Source: a virus (lineage: Duplodnaviria > Caudoviricetes). Taken from it: a stretch of DNA of 43,308 nucleotides. Numbering within the stretch: position 1 is the stretch's first letter; every line of letters begins with the position of its first letter. The stretch is from IMG/VR virus record IMGVR_UViG_3300048998_000214, positions 1-43,308 of that record. One strand, given 5' to 3'. Made by a program: the position numbers and the translations under genes. Shown piece by piece: positions 18,183 through 26,941 of the stretch. The notes under the pieces are model-generated. The model ran no database searches and had not been told where the DNA came from. It saw only the letters and a list, made by a program, of their open reading frames with translations.

Positions 18183-18205
18183 GATTTGCTCCTCCTGCGT
18201 TGCGA

Positions 18206-18233
18206 AAGGCCGGGCCAGATTGAGCCCGGCCTT
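18206..18233. terminator. Intergenic hairpin downstream of the capsid genes
   Basis: AAGGCCGGGC-N8-GCCCGGCCTT, a perfect 10-bp stem. Confidence 0.5.
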
Positions 18234-18267
18234 CAAATGACGTGCGCCCGCGACGCGGACGAAGAAT

Positions 18268-18615
18268 TCAGCCCGCCGACGGCGCGAGCGCGGCGTCGAT
18301 CTCGGCGCGCGACGTGTCGAAGCCGACGATCTTGGCGAGCGCCGCAATCTTCGGCTTGCCATCGGCGGTCAGGTCATCGGCGCCAAGCGTCGCCACCGCA
18401 GCGCGGATCGCCGCATCACGGCCGGCCTGGTCGAGAGCGGCGGCCTTCTCGGCGGCGAGATCGACGATCGCAACCAGGAGGTTGGGATCGCCGAACAGCT
18501 GGTCGAACTGTGCGCTGCTGAAAGCCTCGATCGGATGATCGACGGCCTGCTTGAAGTGCGCGATGCCGGCGCGGCGGTAGCCGTCGCGGCGAGCGCTGAT
18601 GCGGAGGACCTTCAT
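18268..18615 (-). CDS. Mu gp35 / HI1506-like protein
   Basis: LRISARRDGYRRAGIAH, L.DPNL.V, TADGKPKIAAL...SRAEID; directly after the capsid gene. Confidence 0.8.
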   Translation of the reverse strand: MKVLRISARRDGYRRAGIAHFKQAVDHPIEAFSSAQFDQLFGDPNLLVAIVDLAAEKAAALDQAGRDAAIRAAVATLGADDLTADGKPKIAALAKIVGFDTSRAEIDAALAPSAG

Positions 18616-18629
18616 GCCACCGCCCTCCG

Positions 18630-19637
18630 TTACGGCAGCCAGGGCACGACGAGCAGCTCGGCGGTGCCAGCCCAGGGGTTCGACTCGCCGCCGTTGACCA
18701 ACAGCGAGTTGAGCAGCTTGCGGCCGGCGCCCTCATTGGTCGAGCCGACCACCAGCAGATCGGGCTGGTTGCCGAGCGGGCGCGCGTAGTCGCCCTTCAT
18801 GCCGATGATGGCGTTGCGCGCCGTCTCGTAATGCGTGGCGTCGAGCGTCTGCTTCGAACCCCAGGCGAATTGCCAGAAGCCATAGCCGACATTGCCGCGC
18901 GCATCGGAGCCGTAGATGAATTCCTTGTTCATGAACACGTTGTCGTCGTCGAGCTTGTCCTTGGCGACGAACTGGAAATCGCGGCGCTTCTGCAGGATGA
19001 TCGGCTTCAGCACGCGCTTGGTGCAGAGCAGATACCAGGCCGCGCCGGAGCCGCCATCGGTGTTGGCGACCGACTGCGGCACGCCGGCGGCATCGAGCAC
19101 CGGATGATCGGTGTCGAAATAGAACTGGCCGTCGTAGCAGGTCTTGCTGAAGCCGTCGGAGACGCACTGCCACACCATGCGCTCCCACTCCGAGCCGGTG
19201 GACTCGCCCATCTGCTGAAACAGCGTGCCGTAGATGCCGAGATTATCGGTCTCGATGTCGTCGCGGTCGACGCCGATGGTCAGCTCCAGCGCCTTCTCCT
19301 TGATGGAGTAGTCGTGCTGCGCCAAGTTCTGCACGACGCGGGGACCGATCCATTCGCGCACGCCCGGCATCTTGCCGAGCCAGCCGTATTTCTGCTCCTT
19401 GGTGGTCGACGGCACGACGGTCGCGACCCGCGTATATTGCGTGGGCGCGACGCCGAGCCCTTGGTCGAAAGCCGTGCTGAAGGTGACGCGCAGGCTGTCG
19501 AGATTGCCGGCGTTCACGAGCATCGCCATGGTGACGCCGGCGCCGACATCGTGCGCCGGGGCGAGCATCGCGATAGCGACAACAAGGCACACGATCACGG
19601 CGACCGTCAGCGCCAGGTGAAGGGATTTAAGCATCAA
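18630..19637 (-). CDS. Major capsid protein (Mu gpT family) with hydrophobic N-terminal extension
   Basis: YGWLGKMPGVREWIGPR, ELTIGVDRDDIETD, CYDGQFYFDTDHPV, GYGFWQFAWGS; AGGAG RBS at 19644-19648. Confidence 0.95.
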   Translation of the reverse strand: MMLKSLHLALTVAVIVCLVVAIAMLAPAHDVGAGVTMAMLVNAGNLDSLRVTFSTAFDQGLGVAPTQYTRVATVVPSTTKEQKYGWLGKMPGVREWIGPRVVQNLAQHDYSIKEKALELTIGVDRDDIETDNLGIYGTLFQQMGESTGSEWERMVWQCVSDGFSKTCYDGQFYFDTDHPVLDAAGVPQSVANTDGGSGAAWYLLCTKRVLKPIILQKRRDFQFVAKDKLDDDNVFMNKEFIYGSDARGNVGYGFWQFAWGSKQTLDATHYETARNAIIGMKGDYARPLGNQPDLLVVGSTNEGAGRKLLNSLLVNGGESNPWAGTAELLVVPWLP

Positions 19638-19681
19638 GGTGGACTCCTGGTTGGTGGCGTCTTGGGGTTACGTCGGCGCGA

Positions 19682-20458
19682 TCAGTCGCGCTCGATTTCG
19701 AACATGGCGTTGGCGACGGAGGCGGTGGCGTTGCTGCCGCCCACGGTGAGCGAGAGCTCGCCGCCGACCGGCACGACATTGGCGGCGGTCGGAACGGCGG
19801 TATCCTTGTCGCCGGCGGCGGAGCCGGCCTGGGTGATGGTGATCACGCCATTGGTGATGGCGACCCCATCGATCTTGCCGGTGAGCGTCGCGTCGCCGGT
19901 GGTGAGCACGCCTTCGATCACCGACCAGATTTTCACGACGCGGCCAGCAAACGGCGACAGCACCCGGTAGACGTTGGCGCCGACCAGCGTGGCGACGCGC
20001 ACCGGCACGAGCACCCGGCGATAGGCGAGATAGGCGGCGAGGTTCTCTTCCTCGAAACAGACGTGCACGCCCTGCGCGTCGAGACCGACGACAACACCGG
20101 CAACGGAGCGCGTGTTGCTGCCGTTGGTCTTGGCGACGGTCTGATCATCGACGATGTAGCAAAGCGAGCCGATGTCATCATCGACGATCTCGTCGCCGCC
20201 GGCCGAGTTGGCGACGCGGAACACGCCCTCCATGACATTGATGCTGAGGTCGCCGGCGGCGCCCGCGCTATTGTCGATGCGTTGGCGCGCGATGCCGGCG
20301 CCGCGATAGCCGACCGCGGTGGCGCCCTTGGCGGCGTAGCCGGTCGAGCTGCGCATGACGATGGCGCCCGCGTAGATCAGGGCGCTCGCCGCCACCAGCA
20401 TCGACTTCAGTTCGCCCGCGACGCGCGGCGTATTTCGATCCCCACTCAGAGCGGTCAT
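19682..20458 (-). CDS. Capsid decoration/cement-like protein with an extra C-terminal domain
   Basis: MTALSGDRNTP...IYAGAIV...CYIVDDQTVAKT typical of the gene before the capsid, plus about 115 extra beta-rich residues. Confidence 0.75.
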   Translation of the reverse strand: MTALSGDRNTPRVAGELKSMLVAASALIYAGAIVMRSSTGYAAKGATAVGYRGAGIARQRIDNSAGAAGDLSINVMEGVFRVANSAGGDEIVDDDIGSLCYIVDDQTVAKTNGSNTRSVAGVVVGLDAQGVHVCFEEENLAAYLAYRRVLVPVRVATLVGANVYRVLSPFAGRVVKIWSVIEGVLTTGDATLTGKIDGVAITNGVITITQAGSAAGDKDTAVPTAANVVPVGGELSLTVGGSNATASVANAMFEIERD

Positions 20459-20510
20459 TTAGGTCTCCAGGTTGCGGCCGCGGGCCGCGGTTACGACTCT
20501 CAAGCCCCGA

Positions 20511-21086
20511 TCAGGCGGCTCGCTCGCTGGCGAGTTTCTTGGCGACGGCATCCTTCGGCACGCCGACCAGCTCGGCGATCCTGGCCTGATCGGCGTTGAG
20601 CGCGACCTTGCCGTCTTTCAATTCTTCGGGCGGCGTGACGAGCGCGCCGGATGCACCGAGGATCGGCATCGCGCCGATCTCTTTCTCGACGCGCGCGGCA
20701 TCAACCGCATGCATCGCGATGTAATGCTCGCGCAGCGGCTTCACGCCGACGCGGCCCTTCGCGATCTCGCCATCGACGTAAGCCGTGGCGGTCTTCTTCG
20801 CGCCATCAGCCTGCAGCGTGTTCAGCTTGGTGGTGACGGTGGTGAGCTCAGCCTGCAGTGCGGTGATGGTGGTCGCATCGGTCTTGCCGGCGGCGAGCGT
20901 GGTCACCGCGCCGAGGATGGCGGTGGCATCGGCATCGTCCTTCAGCCCGGCGGCCTTGGCGATCGGCGCCAGCGCGGACTGCAAAGCCGTCGAGGTCTTT
21001 AAGTCCTTGACGGCGGTGAGCGTGATCTCCTCCGTGGCATCGTCCTTGAGGCCGAGGGCAGCACGAAGCTTCGCGAGAAAATCCAT
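20511..21086 (-). CDS. Nested in-frame scaffolding protein (Mu gpZ-like)
   Basis: Internal ATG (MDFLAKLRAALG) behind CAGGAGTCCAAC; 191 aa helical; same arrangement as Mu I/Z. Confidence 0.8.
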   Translation of the reverse strand: MDFLAKLRAALGLKDDATEEITLTAVKDLKTSTALQSALAPIAKAAGLKDDADATAILGAVTTLAAGKTDATTITALQAELTTVTTKLNTLQADGAKKTATAYVDGEIAKGRVGVKPLREHYIAMHAVDAARVEKEIGAMPILGASGALVTPPEELKDGKVALNADQARIAELVGVPKDAVAKKLASERAA

Positions 21087-21572
21087 GTTGGACTCCTGAT
21101 GGAGCGCGGCCATGCCGCGCAGGTTGGGTCGATTGATCAGCGAGGCCCGCAGAATGCTGAGGACCTGATTGTCGGCGCTGTGGTGGATGACGGGCGAAAT
21201 GTAGCGGTAGGCGCGATCAGCCATCAGCGCGGCGCCGGACGGTGTCCACTCGGCTTTGCCCCAGATGCTGCCATCGGCATGCGCCTCGATGCCTACGATC
21301 CAGCCGCGCGCCGGCGCTGGTTCGCCGCGCGGAGCGGCAAGGTCGGTGGCGTGGCACTCGTCGATCGGAAGCGGACCGCCCGCGGCCTGAAGGCTGGCGG
21401 CGGCGAGCGCGACCGCATCGGCAACCTTGTAGGGACCGCGGCCATCGACTGTGCGGATGGAGGCGCCGGCCGGCCACAGCATGATTTCGGTCGGCGGCTT
21501 CCCGTCGACCGCCTGCAGTGCCACCGAATCCAAAATTGCGGTAAGATGCTTCCCCGGCATGGCGTGCACCAT
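20511..21572 (-). CDS. Prohead protease (Mu gpI-like)
   Basis: LPIDECH, APARGWI, EWTPSG, YRYISPV, ASLINRPNL; start 21572 or 21560. Confidence 0.92.
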   Translation of the reverse strand: MVHAMPGKHLTAILDSVALQAVDGKPPTEIMLWPAGASIRTVDGRGPYKVADAVALAAASLQAAGGPLPIDECHATDLAAPRGEPAPARGWIVGIEAHADGSIWGKAEWTPSGAALMADRAYRYISPVIHHSADNQVLSILRASLINRPNLRGMAALHQESNMDFLAKLRAALGLKDDATEEITLTAVKDLKTSTALQSALAPIAKAAGLKDDADATAILGAVTTLAAGKTDATTITALQAELTTVTTKLNTLQADGAKKTATAYVDGEIAKGRVGVKPLREHYIAMHAVDAARVEKEIGAMPILGASGALVTPPEELKDGKVALNADQARIAELVGVPKDAVAKKLASERAA

Positions 21573-21750
21573 GCCGGAAGCGGCCCGTAAGCATCATGCC
21601 CGCAGCGTCGGGCAGGACCTTCCCCCACAGTCGCCCCGTGGCGCGCCCGCCCCCGCCCAGGCCCCGTTCTACCCGAAAACGCCGGGACCGGCTTTTAGGG
21701 GCTTTTAAACGCCTTCAAAAACGAAAATAACGGGATGGGGAGAATGGCCG

Positions 21751-21924
21751 ATGGGCTGGCGGGCGCAGGAGGCCTATGACCGGGCCGAACGGGAGCGGCA
21801 AAAGGCGTTGCGGGCAGCGCTGCCGCGCCGGGACAAAATGCGCCTTCACGGCCAGCAGCTCCTACGCGCCGGAATCCTGGTCGCGATTGCCATCGTGACG
21901 GTGATCGCGCTGCTCAGATCGTGA
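21751..21924 (+). CDS. 57-aa C-terminally anchored membrane protein, antisense to late genes (not in ORF track)
   Basis: My translation: MGWRAQEAYDRAERERQKALRAALPRRDKMRLHGQQLLRAGILVAIAIVTVIALLRS; GGGGAGA RBS upstream. Confidence 0.6.
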   Translation: MGWRAQEAYDRAERERQKALRAALPRRDKMRLHGQQLLRAGILVAIAIVTVIALLRS

Positions 21925-21935
21925 GCGCACCACAT

Positions 21936-21997
21936 CCGCTCATTCCCGCGCAAGCGGGAATCCAGAGCTGGGTCCCCGCTTGCGCGGGGACGAGCGG
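21936..21997. repeat. REP-like doublet (two inverted 30-bp units, each itself palindromic)
   Basis: CCGCTCATTCCCGCGCAAGCGGGAATCCAG-AG-CTGGGTCCCCGCTTGCGCGGGGACGAGCGG; arms match 26/30. Confidence 0.85.
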
Positions 21998-22005
21998 CAG
22001 AGATT

Positions 22006-22725
22006 CTATTTGGCGGCGCGCTCGGCCAGCGCCTGGCGCAGCGCCTCGGCCGGCGGTTCGCCCGGCCGATAGGCGAAGCCGGGATCGATGCCTTCCGGCA
22101 CCTGGATCGTCACCTTGCCGTCCGGCGTGTTGACGGTGCGGTCGACCAGCGGCGATGGCGGTGCCTCATCCGAGACAGCGAGACCGTAGCGCGCGAGATC
22201 GCGCTCGTTGAGATTCTGCACCGTGCAGCGGCAATTCCATCCGTTGGGCGGGAAATGCGTCTGCCACCACGGATCGTCGACCGGCAGCACCGTGTCGTGC
22301 CAGGCGGCGTGCTCCGGCCGCGTGCGATCGTCCATCACCGCGACATAGCGCAGATACGGCCGATCGTCTTTGACCTGCTGAATCTGATCCCACTTGCCCG
22401 CGGCGTAGGACGTGCGCAGGTTGGTCTGAAAGATCACGCGCGAGCGCCAGCCGCGGCTGCCGTTGTAGCTCCAGCCGTGCTGCGCGACGATGCGATCGAA
22501 GTCTTTGCGGAATTCCTCCAGCGTGATGCCTTCGGCGATCGCCTTGGTCACCGCGCCGTGAAAATCGGCCACCAGCGCGTCGCTCTGCGCGCCGGCGACC
22601 ACGAAGGCGGCTGAGTGTTCCTGCTGCCAGATGTCGGTCCAGGTGCGCGTCGGCACGTTGAGCTTCTTGCGCATGAAGTCGATGGCTTCGAGCGGCGCGA
22701 CCGCGAATGGCTTAGGCTCCGCCAC
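22006..22725 (-). CDS. Head morphogenesis protein (Mu gpF/gp30, short MuF)
   Basis: IFQTNLRTSYAAG, YLRYVAVMDDRTRPEH, PPNGWNCRC, IDPGF; no C-terminal toxin extension. Confidence 0.93.
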   Translation of the reverse strand: MAEPKPFAVAPLEAIDFMRKKLNVPTRTWTDIWQQEHSAAFVVAGAQSDALVADFHGAVTKAIAEGITLEEFRKDFDRIVAQHGWSYNGSRGWRSRVIFQTNLRTSYAAGKWDQIQQVKDDRPYLRYVAVMDDRTRPEHAAWHDTVLPVDDPWWQTHFPPNGWNCRCTVQNLNERDLARYGLAVSDEAPPSPLVDRTVNTPDGKVTIQVPEGIDPGFAYRPGEPPAEALRQALAERAAK

Positions 22726-23002
22726 GCTCGAACCTTTCCTTCAGCACCGTCGCGACTTCGGGCGGCAGCTCCTTGTCGTAAACCCACACGACCATCATGC
22801 CGCGGTTGGCCAGTGACTGGAGCGCGCCTTCAGCTTGCACAACGCAATCACGTGATCGACGATGGCAGGTGACGGGCGCCGGTGCATGGTCATCGGGTCC
22901 ACAGAAGCCATCCGTCAGATCGGTCACGCACCGATGATTAGCAATCGCCGCCAATGCGCGGCGGTGATGCTTATCATTGAAGGCGGCTTTTCGATCGCTC
23001 AC
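22712..23002 (-). CDS. Hypothetical Cys/His-containing protein between portal and gpF
   Basis: 96 aa, overlaps both neighbours. Confidence 0.6.
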   Translation of the reverse strand: MSDRKAAFNDKHHRRALAAIANHRCVTDLTDGFCGPDDHAPAPVTCHRRSRDCVVQAEGALQSLANRGMMVVWVYDKELPPEVATVLKERFERGGA

Positions 23003-24597
23003 TGCGCCGCCGCCTCGTGCGTGATCTCGGCGCGGCCGGACAGATCGGCCATCACCATCGCCATGCTCATCAGCTCGGCGAAGCGATCCTTCGGCACCTG
23101 CAGCTTTTCCAGCCCGGCGCTCAATTCGGCGAAGCTGTGCGAACGGTTCACCAATGCGCGCACGGCATTGATCATCGCGTCGACGCCGGGCGCGACCACG
23201 TGCTCGGCCGCATCGGCAAGATGATCGACGGCATCGGTGGCGCGCACCGCGATTTGTGAATCATTGACCGCGTGCAGCGTGGCGCGGGCTGCATCGGTGG
23301 TGCCGGGCAGCGGCAACGCTGTTTGACCGGGCAATGCAGGCGGTGCTGGCTTCGGCGCTTCGAGCAGCTCGGCGCCGTCATCGGGATCGGCGAGGCCGAG
23401 CAGGTCGCGGATTTCGCTCTGCTGCACTTTGAGACCGAGCGGCACCAGCTTCTCCACGCCATCGATCACCAGCGCGATGTTCTTTTCTTCGGTGCGGCCA
23501 ACCTTCAGCTTCGGATATTTTTCTTGCGGGCCATATTCGAGATCAATCCACGGCCGCACCAGGTCGCGATTGAGAATGGCGGACAGCACGCGCGCGTCGG
23601 AACGCTCGATGTCCTCCTGCACCTGGCGGTGCTCCTGGCCGACCGCATGGCCGCCGGCGATCGCGTCGGTGGTGGCGGTCTGGCCGAGCACCGCCTTGGA
23701 GATCTGTCGGTCGAGCCAGTTGGCACGCTTCTCGAACAGGTCGGAACCGGCGCCGACGTTCTTCGACTCGATGAAGTCGAGGACCATCGAGTCGGGAATG
23801 ATCGCGGCGCAGTCGCCGGCGATGTTGGCGACGGCGCGGAACAGCGTATCCTTGTCGGCTTCGGTGGTGCCGCTCGGATATTTGCCAACCCGCACCGGCT
23901 GCCCGAACGTCTGCGCGAAGATCGCCCAGTCGCGCAGCGTGAAGGCCTTGAACATCCACGACCAGGCGGCGAGGCGCGCCAGCCCCGAGCGCACCGGCAA
24001 TCCCGACTTGGCGCGGATCACCGCTTGAATGAATTTCATCGGCGGCAGCGGCAGGAAGCCGGCCACGTCGCGCAGCTGCGGCGTCACGCCATCGACGCGG
24101 TCGAAGCGGAACCAACGCGGGTCGCGCCAGGCGAGCTTGCCCGGACGCCATTGCCCCATCGACGTGTCCCAGATGATCTCGGTGAAGGAGACGCCCTTAC
24201 CGATGCAGTCGAGAATGTCGAACAACTCATCCTGCAGCTCGTCGCGATCGAGCCAGGCGCGCACCGTGTCGGCGTGCTTGACGTGCTCGGCATTGTCGGA
24301 GGCGGCGTCGACCTTCACTTCGAGCTGCGCGATCGAGCGCTTGCGGGTGCCGAGCACGCCGGCATAGTGCAGGTCGCGTTCCTCGATCTGCTCGGCCAAC
24401 TCGAAATAGCGCAGCGGCTCGCCCTGATCGGCTTCGCGCAGCAGTGCTGCCAGCCGGCGCGGGTTGAGCCCATCGCCCGGATAACCGGAATAGGGCGAGC
24501 GCACGCCCGTGATCGTCGGCGCCGCAATCTCTTGCGTCAGCACCGCGCGCTCGATCGGACGGTTGAATTGATCGTAGAGGATCGGCTTGTCAGCCAC
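22999..24597 (-). CDS. Portal protein (Mu gp29 / DUF935)
   Basis: EERDLHYAGVLGTRK, DWAIFAQTFGQPVRVGKY, ISKAVLGQTATT. Confidence 0.95.
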   Translation of the reverse strand: MADKPILYDQFNRPIERAVLTQEIAAPTITGVRSPYSGYPGDGLNPRRLAALLREADQGEPLRYFELAEQIEERDLHYAGVLGTRKRSIAQLEVKVDAASDNAEHVKHADTVRAWLDRDELQDELFDILDCIGKGVSFTEIIWDTSMGQWRPGKLAWRDPRWFRFDRVDGVTPQLRDVAGFLPLPPMKFIQAVIRAKSGLPVRSGLARLAAWSWMFKAFTLRDWAIFAQTFGQPVRVGKYPSGTTEADKDTLFRAVANIAGDCAAIIPDSMVLDFIESKNVGAGSDLFEKRANWLDRQISKAVLGQTATTDAIAGGHAVGQEHRQVQEDIERSDARVLSAILNRDLVRPWIDLEYGPQEKYPKLKVGRTEEKNIALVIDGVEKLVPLGLKVQQSEIRDLLGLADPDDGAELLEAPKPAPPALPGQTALPLPGTTDAARATLHAVNDSQIAVRATDAVDHLADAAEHVVAPGVDAMINAVRALVNRSHSFAELSAGLEKLQVPKDRFAELMSMAMVMADLSGRAEITHEAAAQ

Positions 24598-24766
24598 TGG
24601 CTTTCTCCGCTCGCTTGTCGGCGACGATGGCCGCGCATTGATCGACGCAGTTGTCGCAAATGTAGACCGATGGGCCGGAGAGCAGCAGCATGACTTCGCT
24701 TTGCGCCCGGCCGCAGAATGAGCAGTAGAGCGTGCGCCGCAGCGGCGTGACGTTGCTGCTGCTCAT
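24590..24766 (-). CDS. Stand-alone ClpX C4-type zinc-finger domain protein
   Basis: 58 aa, [33 protein letters not shown] versus ClpX [32 protein letters not shown]; ATGA-coupled to terL. Confidence 0.9.
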   Translation of the reverse strand: [58 protein letters not shown]

Positions 24767-26409
24767 AGCGAGCCCCGCATTCCCGCCCCGAGCGGCGAGC
24801 GCCACCAGTCCGACCGGCGACCGTCATTATCCTCGGGCGTGTCACGCATTTCACCTTCCGCCGGCGATGACGTTGCCGCCGAGCGATAGCCGAACTCGAC
24901 CACGTCGCTCTTCGCCGCCGCGACCGCGAGCGCGCCCGCCACCGCGGCATCGCCGTGGCGCTGCCCGCCATCGACGCCCTTGGTGTGGACGTTGTCGGGA
25001 ATGAGCGGAATGCCGCGCACCATCCTGATCAGGCGGAAGTCGCCTTTGACATCGGCGTCGCGCGGCAGCTCGACGGTGCGATCTTCGAACGCCGCCTTCA
25101 TCACCGGCATGTTGGCGAGATACCAGGGCTGCGACAGCATCACCGCCTCGATCCGCAGCGGCCCATATTTCTGCACGGCATATTCGGCGAGGAACTGACC
25201 GTTGCCGCGCGCGTCATGCTTGCCGGCCGAGAACCGCGGCAGCTTGTCGACGACCCAGAACAGCACCTGCTCCTGTTGCCGGAACGGCACGTTGCGCAGC
25301 TCCAGCATGAAGGGCGCGCGCAGCACGAGGTTCGGCTGCTGGGCGAGCGGCAGGAAAATCGAGAGGTCACCGGAGCGGCCGAAGTCGAAGCCGTAGAAAT
25401 GGCGCAGCCGTTTGTCGAGCGCGTCGATCACCGGCCGCAGATTTTCTTCGAGCCAATCGTTGACGTAGGACTTGCGGTGATCATCGGGCTGCAGCTCGAA
25501 GCCGATCGGGCAGCGCAGCCGCAAGACCTGCGAGTCCGGCGACATGCACGATTCGATCAGCGCGCCGGTGAGATAGACGCCCGAGCCTTGCGAGGGAATG
25601 CAATCGAGCTCCTCCGCCGCGTCGCTGCCATAGAAGTCGCGGATGCCGGCGCGCCACTCGGCTTCGGCTTCCGCCGACCAGGTCTTGCCCGTGACGAGAC
25701 AGATGCGCTGATAGAGCCCTTGCTCCAGCGCATCGTCGAACGTGCAGCGCACCACCTTGCCGCGCCGCTTGCCGGCACGGATCTCCGTGATCAGCTCGTT
25801 GAACGGGCTGTCCTCGCCGTTGTGGGTGCTGATCACTAAAATCTTGCCGCCCCAGATCAGCAGCGCCACCGCCGCCTTCAACAGCGCCGCGGCGTCGTCA
25901 TGGAAGGCGAACTCGTCGAGGATGACAAAGCCCTGCCGGCCGCGCAGCGAGCGCGGCCGCGATGACAGCGCCACGATCTCGAAGCCCGACGCAAAGCTGA
26001 TGCGGAACGCCTGGATGGAACGATCGGCACCTTTCTCATCCTGCTCGCGAAACAGAAACTCCTCGACCGCCGAGCAGGCCGGCATGAACGCCTTCGCCCA
26101 CATCGCGCAGACGTCGATGAACTCGCGCGCCATGTCGAGGTTGTAACCGAGATAGAGCGTGTCCATGCCGCCCGCGCTCTTCGCCGCGCCGGAGGTGAGC
26201 ACCGCATCAGCGCCAACGCCCCAGGTGGCGCCGATGCGCCGCGACTTGTCGGTGACGACGAGCTGGTTGGCGGCGGTCGCTCCGAGCAGCTCCTTCTGAT
26301 ACGGCAGCAGCACGTCGGGCAACGCCACGCCCTGCAGCGCCACCGGCAGCGTCTCCATCGTCTCGCGACGATGGCGCGCCCAATCTTCGGCGGTGACGAG
26401 CGCGGTCAT
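24763..26409 (-). CDS. terL: Terminase large subunit (Mu gp28-like)
   Basis: LLPYQ, KSRRIGATW, VILDEFAF, ISTHNG, GFDFGRSGD, RHGD.AVA; start at MTALVTAEDW. Confidence 0.95.
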   Translation of the reverse strand: MTALVTAEDWARHRRETMETLPVALQGVALPDVLLPYQKELLGATAANQLVVTDKSRRIGATWGVGADAVLTSGAAKSAGGMDTLYLGYNLDMAREFIDVCAMWAKAFMPACSAVEEFLFREQDEKGADRSIQAFRISFASGFEIVALSSRPRSLRGRQGFVILDEFAFHDDAAALLKAAVALLIWGGKILVISTHNGEDSPFNELITEIRAGKRRGKVVRCTFDDALEQGLYQRICLVTGKTWSAEAEAEWRAGIRDFYGSDAAEELDCIPSQGSGVYLTGALIESCMSPDSQVLRLRCPIGFELQPDDHRKSYVNDWLEENLRPVIDALDKRLRHFYGFDFGRSGDLSIFLPLAQQPNLVLRAPFMLELRNVPFRQQEQVLFWVVDKLPRFSAGKHDARGNGQFLAEYAVQKYGPLRIEAVMLSQPWYLANMPVMKAAFEDRTVELPRDADVKGDFRLIRMVRGIPLIPDNVHTKGVDGGQRHGDAAVAGALAVAAAKSDVVEFGYRSAATSSPAEGEMRDTPEDNDGRRSDWWRSPLGAGMRGSL

Positions 26410-26417
26410 TGCAGTGC

Positions 26418-26594
26418 TTATCCGGTTTTCAGCCACGAGCCGCTCACAGCGCAAGTAATGATGAGCTGCGCCACCAAAGCATCGACAACGATCCCGATTG
26501 GCACCGCGTTGCGAATTGTCGGCATAGCAACCCACAGCAGCGTGAGGACGTTCGTCGCGATCAAAACAAACACCGTCCACCGCCGCCAATTCAT
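26418..26594 (-). CDS. Small two-TM membrane protein
   Basis: MNWRRWTVFVLIATNVLTLLWVAMP...IGIVVDALVAQLIITCAVS; AT-richer; alternative GTG start at 26606. Confidence 0.6.
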   Translation of the reverse strand: MNWRRWTVFVLIATNVLTLLWVAMPTIRNAVPIGIVVDALVAQLIITCAVSGSWLKTG

Positions 26595-26602
26595 TTTAAT
26601 GT

Positions 26603-26941
26603 TCACAGCCCGATCTCCTGCAGGAAGCCTTCGAGCCCGACCGGCCGTTCCGGCGCGGTGAAGCAGCGTTTGATGGCGGCCCAGTTGGCGTGCAGGCGGT
26701 TGGCGCTGAACAGGCGCACGCGCTCTACCTGCACGGGCGTGATCGTTCCTCGGGCAACGCGCCTTTCCACCAGCCGCAGCAGCCGGCGATCGCGGCGCTC
26801 CAATGCGCGGCGGTGCACCCTCAGCGCAAGCGGCAACGCGCGGAAGCATTTGCCGCAAACGATCTCGGTGCCCTCGTCATATTTCTCCGCCGGCGCGGTG
26901 CGTCGACAGCGCGGATTGATGCAGGGGATGCGGTCGTTCAT
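26603..26941 (-). CDS. Putative zinc-finger protein
   Basis: CINPRC...VCGKC, Arg-rich; coupled overlaps. Confidence 0.7.
   Translation of the reverse strand: MNDRIPCINPRCRRTAPAEKYDEGTEIVCGKCFRALPLALRVHRRALERRDRRLLRLVERRVARGTITPVQVERVRLFSANRLHANWAAIKRCFTAPERPVGLEGFLQEIGL

Noticed and set aside
21573-21620. Shared late-activator motif with 30495-30555 (CCCG..GCGG and TTCCGGCA before the ATG)
   Set aside because: Spacing differs between the two sites and the matches are short in GC-rich DNA, too weak to call.
22006-22725. MuF polymorphic toxin
   Set aside because: The protein ends just after the MuF domain, with no toxin extension or immunity gene.
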